Assembly: GCA_001642005.1 (NCBI GenBank)
Contig: LWCA01000109.1
Coordinates: 1-53,488, forward strand
Source of the DNA: Intoshia linei
Lineage: Eukaryota > Animalia > Orthonectida
Reading direction: 5' to 3'
DNA: 53,488 nt
Of this stretch, positions 47,599 through 53,488 are shown one piece after another. Under the pieces are notes generated by a model, which was not told the DNA's origin, ran no database searches, and saw only the letters and a list, made by a program, of their open reading frames with translations. Made by a program: the position numbers and the translations under genes. Numbering within the stretch: position 1 is the first letter of the stretch; each line of letters opens with the position of its first letter.

Positions 47599-50500
47599 AT
47601 GATTACGTCCAGTTTTAAAACATTCAACGATCCCATTCATGGGGTCATAGATATGGACCCTTTGAGTATAGCTATTATAGATACACCTCAATTTCAAAGA
47701 CTACATAGAATTAAAATGCTGGGAACTTGCTATTTCGTTTACAACAGTGCTACTCATTCTCGCTTTGAACATTCTCTCGGGTATTTTTTATTGATAATTA
47801 AAAAAATTTCAAATTAAACGCTTGGGCGCATTTAATTTGATATGCATGTGTTAGAATTCATTAGCGTAAATGATATTGTATTATTACTTTAAAGTAGATT
47901 TATATACTCATTTTAGTACTGCTTATCTAGCAGAATTACAAATTAAATCATTACGAGAAAATCAACCAGAGTTAAATATCACTAATACAGATCAATTGTG
48001 TGTAAAGTTGGCTGGTTTGTGTCATGATTTAGGTACATTCATTTTATTTTGATTATAGATGCGTTCATTTCGTACATTGTTTGGTAAATTTCTATCAAGT
48101 CTCAATTAAGTGCATTTAATTAACCGGGATTGTGAAATTTCAGAATGTTTGCAAATAAATTAGTAAATCATTGTTTTTCTGAGGGTAGCAATGCTTTTAA
48201 ATGTACTTGGAATGACAAATTAATCATACCGTGTGTACACTACGGTCAGGTAAAACGGACCACTTTTTTTAAAATGTTGGTTTGGAGTAGTGACGGCTCG
48301 TCATTGAGGGCTGCAGCCCCATCAGAATTTTGACCAATATAAAAAAAAATATAATTTTATAATACAGAAAAATAGTAGTACCTTGGCAGCATTATTTTAT
48401 TATTATGAGATTCGTAAATTTCGTTGTGTAACAGTCATATTACAATTCAATATATTGAACACAATTTCTAATTTTTATCGAAAATATAATACTTTGGGCT
48501 GCGCTGTTTGTAGTATCTAACTTACTTACTGAAATTCACAAGTTAAACACTGTAATAGCATTATTACCGTTTAATACATCAACAACATGTTCTTGCAGCC
48601 CCACCAATTATTTTGAAGATTTTTAATCAATAGGGTTGAAAAATTATCTATTAAAAAATTAAAAAATCAATAAACTATTTTTATTAATCATACAGATACA
48701 TCTACTTTAGTACACTACAGGGATGTCCAAATTCTATCGTAAAAAAATTGGAGTTAATCCAGAATATACCATTAATATTTTTTTTAAAATAAACCCTTTC
48801 TCTGAAAATGATGACATAAATTAATTATATTTATTAGAATCCCAATAGTATAATTTGTATTTATATATAATTTTATAGTTTTTATAAACATTTTTATCTC
48901 AAAAAATGCAACTAATTTTGATTTTACTGACTTTATACAGGCTAATTCCTCGTTAACGGAATAATTGATCCTGAAAATAAATCTCATTCCGTTAACGAGG
49001 ATTTTTTATAAATAATGTATACCTTAAAACTATGGTTCCCGATTGGGAACCAAAATTATATGCCTGGGGTCCGTGAAATTCAATTAAAATATAGAAAAAT
49101 TTTGATCAACTTTTGTTTATTTTTATGGGAGAATTTTTAGTATTTATGACAGAGTTTCTAGATTTTGATTATTCCAAAGCCTAGACGACTGCTACATTAT
49201 TATTTCAAATTATTATTATTTTTTTATCGTACTTTTATCCCACCATTAATAAAATTTAATAAAAAATCCAATTTTACCAATCCCTAAGGGAAAAATAATG
49301 TTTTTCCAATATTTTTTTGAAAAACACAATTTACCAAATGTTATGAGAAAAACCTCTTATTCCAACCCAAAATAAAACTCCAATATTACCAGCGCTTAAG
49401 AGAAATGTTCTCTTTTTTTAATATTATTTTGAAAAATCCGATTATACTAAATCTTATGAGTAATAACTTCCAAAATAAAAAATGAAATTTTATCAATTCT
49501 CAATAAAAAAATTTTTTTTCCAATATTTTTTGAAAAAACGATTTTACTAAATAATATGATAAAAAACCTTTAATTTTTTTATTAATGTTTTTTATATTTC
49601 ATGTTTCCCCTTGAAGCTAAAAAAATAAATATGGAAATGGGGGTCCGTACACTATTTAAACCTTTATGTATAGAAAAAAATGAAATCTTTTACGTATCTA
49701 AAGCTTTTAATTTGAACCGAAAAAGTTTTAGTATAATTATGATGATAGTCATTTTAAGTTAAAATTTAACGGAATTTTTATACTTTAGAAAAATTCAGTC
49801 CGTCAATCAGAAATTTTTTTCCGTTAACGAGGAATTTCGTTATAAAAGAGTTAGCCTGTATTACTCAAATTGTGTTTCGTGTCATCCGACAAAATAGAAA
49901 TTTAGAAAATGAGTATTTTATAGGTTTCTGAATTTTTATTCCTGTATTTGTACGGCATTGCGCATCTCTATTAAAATTTAATTTAAAATGTTAATAATTT
50001 GTATTAATTATAGGACATGGACCATTTTCTCATTTATTCGAAAAAGTTGTAGATAAATCGAAATATTGGAAGGTTTGTCCATGAATCTTGATACTAATGA
50101 TATACAAATACATTTATACTATTATATGCAGGGATGGAAACAGCAGTACTGTTTTGTTTGTTTTAACAGCGAATGATGTTTATTTCAACAGCATCGAGTA
50201 CAGCTGTTAACAACTAAAATAAACAGCAATTTTTTTTGTAATATATAAATAAGAGTAAATTATTTTTCATACACCAAGTTATTGAATAATACTCGAAATT
50301 ATCGATTCATTATTCATCATCAACACGGATTATTTAACAACGTTTTATTACTGTAATATTATCTCTGGTTTCTCATCTGATAGGACATATAATTCCACAA
50401 AGTCAATCATTATTTATATATGTAGAAGATCAGGAACTGTTCTTTAAAAAAAGGGTAACTTCTGTCGTTCCCATTTCCAAGCATATATATTTTGAAAAAG

Positions 50501-53126
50501 AAGGTAGTCAACTGATACATTTAAAATTGTTGGATATGAATATTAATTTAAATGAATTTCCTTTGCATCGGACGTTGGTTTACTTAATATTAAAAATGTC
50601 AATATCGAAAGCATCAGTAGAGCGAGATTTTTCTAAACAGACAAATTTATTCTAATTATCGACCAAACTTATCTACATAAACTTTACACAACACTTTATT
50701 TGTTAGATACAGGCAAAATCTCATTTAACGAAAATGGCAAAACATTAAAATGGCACATTCGTTAAATGATTTTAACGAAAATATTGGAAATGTAAAAATA
50801 ACCATAGATTACGATCAATCTATTTATATTGACCTATAATATTAACAGAGTTTATGAATTTTCGACGTTCGTTAAAATGAGATATTTGTTAAATGAGATT
50901 TTGACTGTATAATTACAAACATGTTTATGAGTGTCTCAGTAAATTTTTTTAGATTAAATTATATTGTATTATTGTAATTTATTAAAATTGACATCAACGC
51001 ATTTTTTTAATGAAATTCAGTAATTTTAGAATAAATATTAGTAGTAATAATTTTATAAGATCAATTATAACTAAAAATGCAATTTTTCATGATATGTACC
51101 TTTTTAACATAAATATGGTCTCTAAACATTAAAAACACTTCATTTTTGAATGCTGTTAAAATAGTTGTTAACAGCGGATGTTGTTTTGACAATGACAGCA
51201 GCGCTGTCTTTGTTATCAGCATTTGAGCCATTCCTGATTATATGATTTACATGTTTCTGAGTATGCATTTTTTATCTTAATACTTGACTGTTTTCTGAGA
51301 GTAAAGTGTGCATGTTATTAAAATTATTATGACATAGATTAATAATGTATTAAGAAAATGATAAAAATAATAGGGTTTTAGAGGGATTGTGGAATGCAAA
51401 AACTTTCACTATTAAAGAGGTAAAGGAGTATATAGCGATGAAAAGAGTCGCCAAACTTTTTTTGTGATATGGGTGGACCCCAGTTTCAATATATGAATTT
51501 CTAAAAAAATACATTTTTTATTAGGCGGGGGTTTTCCATATAAACCAATTTGACAACCCTTTCTAAAAAATAACTCAATTTTTATCGTTACTACCCCGTA
51601 ATTCTCTTATAACCTCAATCTCTTTTTTAAAATCCCTACCTTAAGTTCACTTAAATAGAAAATTTTGAATTTTAGCACGTCCTTATAAAAGGCGTCGGTA
51701 TATCTTAATTTTATTTGTTATGATTAATTTTTCATTAGCATGAAGAAATGTCCATCAAAATGCTCAAATATGTTTTTAATACAAATGATCGTGTTCAACG
51801 ATTACTAAAAGAATACAGTATTGACAATGTTGCACAAAATTTTATTTTTGAATTGATTCATCCACAAGAAACTACTAGTTTACCACCAAGCAAGTATTTT
51901 ATGTACGAGGTTTGATTATTCACATCATGTTTCGAGATATTTTTTGTTTTGCTCGACACTTTAATTTATTTTTGCATAACATGAGGGAATCAGAAAAATA
52001 GTAATTTATAATTGAATATTAGATTGTCTCAAATAAAACGACTGGAGTCGACGTAGACAAATTTGATTACATTTTACGTGATTCTTATTATGTTGGACTT
52101 AAATGTGGTTTTGATTATAAAAGATTTATCAAATTTTCAAGAGTCGTTGATATTAATGGAACTTGCCATTTATGTTATAGGGATAAGGTAATTACAAATA
52201 GCAACGATATATTCTAAAAAAAAATTTTTAGATGTTTCATGATCTGTATGGATTATTTAACACTCGTAATTATTTAAATTTCCACATTTACCATCACAGA
52301 ATTGCCAATGTTGTCGACGTTATGTAATTTTTATAAGTTTGAATTTAATGTATTTTAGGTATATTGAATCTCTTAAATTGGCAAATAATTTTTTAACATT
52401 TACTAATTTAGATGGGTAGTTGTATATTATTTTTATATTGTACTCATTTTTAGGGACAAATTAAAATTATGTGATACGATCGACGATCCTTATGCATATA
52501 CTAAAGTCAATGATGCGGTTTATGATATTATAAGATGGTCAGATAATGTAAACCTCGCTCCAGCCAGACAAATTTTTGAGAATTTGGAAAATCGTCAAAT
52601 CTATAAATTTGTTTATGAATGGTTGAACAATGAAGATCAAAAATTGACAGTGAGTTTTAATTTTAAAGTTAGTAATTTTATTTTATCATGAACCCCTGAT
52701 TTAAAGTTTGGGTGTTTTAAAACGATTTTATACAAAAATTTTATACTTAAGGAAACTAAAAATATTTAGTGTCAGGTTAAAATACTTTTCTAAGATTAAA
52801 AGGCCAGATTGATAGGTGAGAAAAGAACTTTCTCTAGTAATTCATTACAATTCTTTAATTTTTAATGGATATTTGATGTTATAACTTATAAACTTACTGT
52901 ATGATAAAATAGAATATCAAATCAATCATAATTGACAGATGCAATGATGCTACAATCAACAACGACAATCTCATCATTTGGGTTTAATTTTAAAATGTAT
53001 TTGTATGTCATATATATTTAGTTTGTTCGAACTGATTATGGTAGCGGTAACGAGGACCCTATCGAAAAAGTTTATTTTTATTCCAAAAACAATTTGAACA
53101 TTGCCAATATTATGAAAAAAGATGAG
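47599..53126 (+). CDS. SAMHD1: SAMHD1-like HD-domain dNTP triphosphohydrolase (no SAM domain seen; continues past the window)
   Basis: [59 protein letters not shown] and DYGSGNEDP. Confidence 0.95.
48938..49858. mobile_element. TA-flanked MITE with a nested hAT-type element (about 49031-49670)
   Basis: TA|CAGGCTAATTC ... GAGTTAGCCTG|TA with CGTTAACG subterminal motifs. Confidence 0.75.
50129..51236 (+). mobile_element. Internally deleted hAT transposon retaining a dimerisation-domain remnant
   Basis: CAGGGATGG / CCATTCCTG termini, perfect 8-bp TSD ATTATATG, ACAGC subterminal repeats; about 50550-50700 translates [27 protein letters not shown]. Confidence 0.88.
50710..50907. mobile_element. 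Tc1/pogo-type MITE nested in the hAT element
   Basis: TA|CAGGCAAAATCTCATTTAAC ... GTTAAATGAGATTTTGACTG|TA. Confidence 0.85.
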
Positions 53127-53488
53127 GTTATTTTAGTCATACATAACTTGTTTAAGTTAAAGGGTCATGAATAGGGCAATTTTTTAAATAACCTAACGAC
53201 TGATTTTTAGTAACTTTAAAAAATTTTTTTTGTCTACAACTTTAATTTGAATCTTGTTAACTTCAATCGATTAGTTTTCATTTTTTCCAAGTATTTTTTA
53301 TGTTTTTATTTCGTACCATTTGAAAATTCAAAATATTTAATGAAATTTTTTTTCTCTAAAAAAATAACTTTCTATTGTTTACCTTCAAGAATGTCAATCA
53401 TACTCATTATTCATATATATTCAATATACCAAACATTAATTTAAATGAAGAAAATTAAACTATGCAAATGGATAATTAATAGAGTATT

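Noticed and set aside
47599-47780. Absence of a SAM domain in SAMHD1 as a novelty
   Set aside because: HD-only homologues are common outside vertebrates.

Overview
Very AT-rich eukaryotic (animal) genomic DNA, gene-dense, with many 30-45 nt introns plus larger introns filled with MITEs and Helitron-like repeats. The style suggests a compact lophotrochozoan parasite genome such as an orthonectid, but that is a guess. I spliced these genes by eye: a decayed hAT-like transposase inside a TFIIS intron, TFIIS (partial), a C18orf32/UPF0729-like gene, a glutaredoxin, a USP deubiquitinase, an ankyrin-rich TRPV-type channel with a decayed tandem paralog, an orphan, URM1, NAA15, a shortened paramyosin, a TEN1/RPA3-like OB-fold gene, an orphan membrane protein, prefoldin-3/VBP1 (with an AT-AC U12 intron) and SAMHD1 (partial). 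The standout is a cluster of three minus-strand U1-snRNA-like genes at about 31.3, 33.1 and 35.0 kb. They keep the U1 fold and positionally conserved upstream elements, but each has a different non-canonical 5' splice-site recognition sequence (AUUUAC-AAA, AUUUAC-UUU, AUAUAC-GAC). These are complementary to classes of weak donor sites seen in this window, so they may be a diversified U1 repertoire. All exon boundaries and family assignments are from manual reading and remembered motifs, not database searches.
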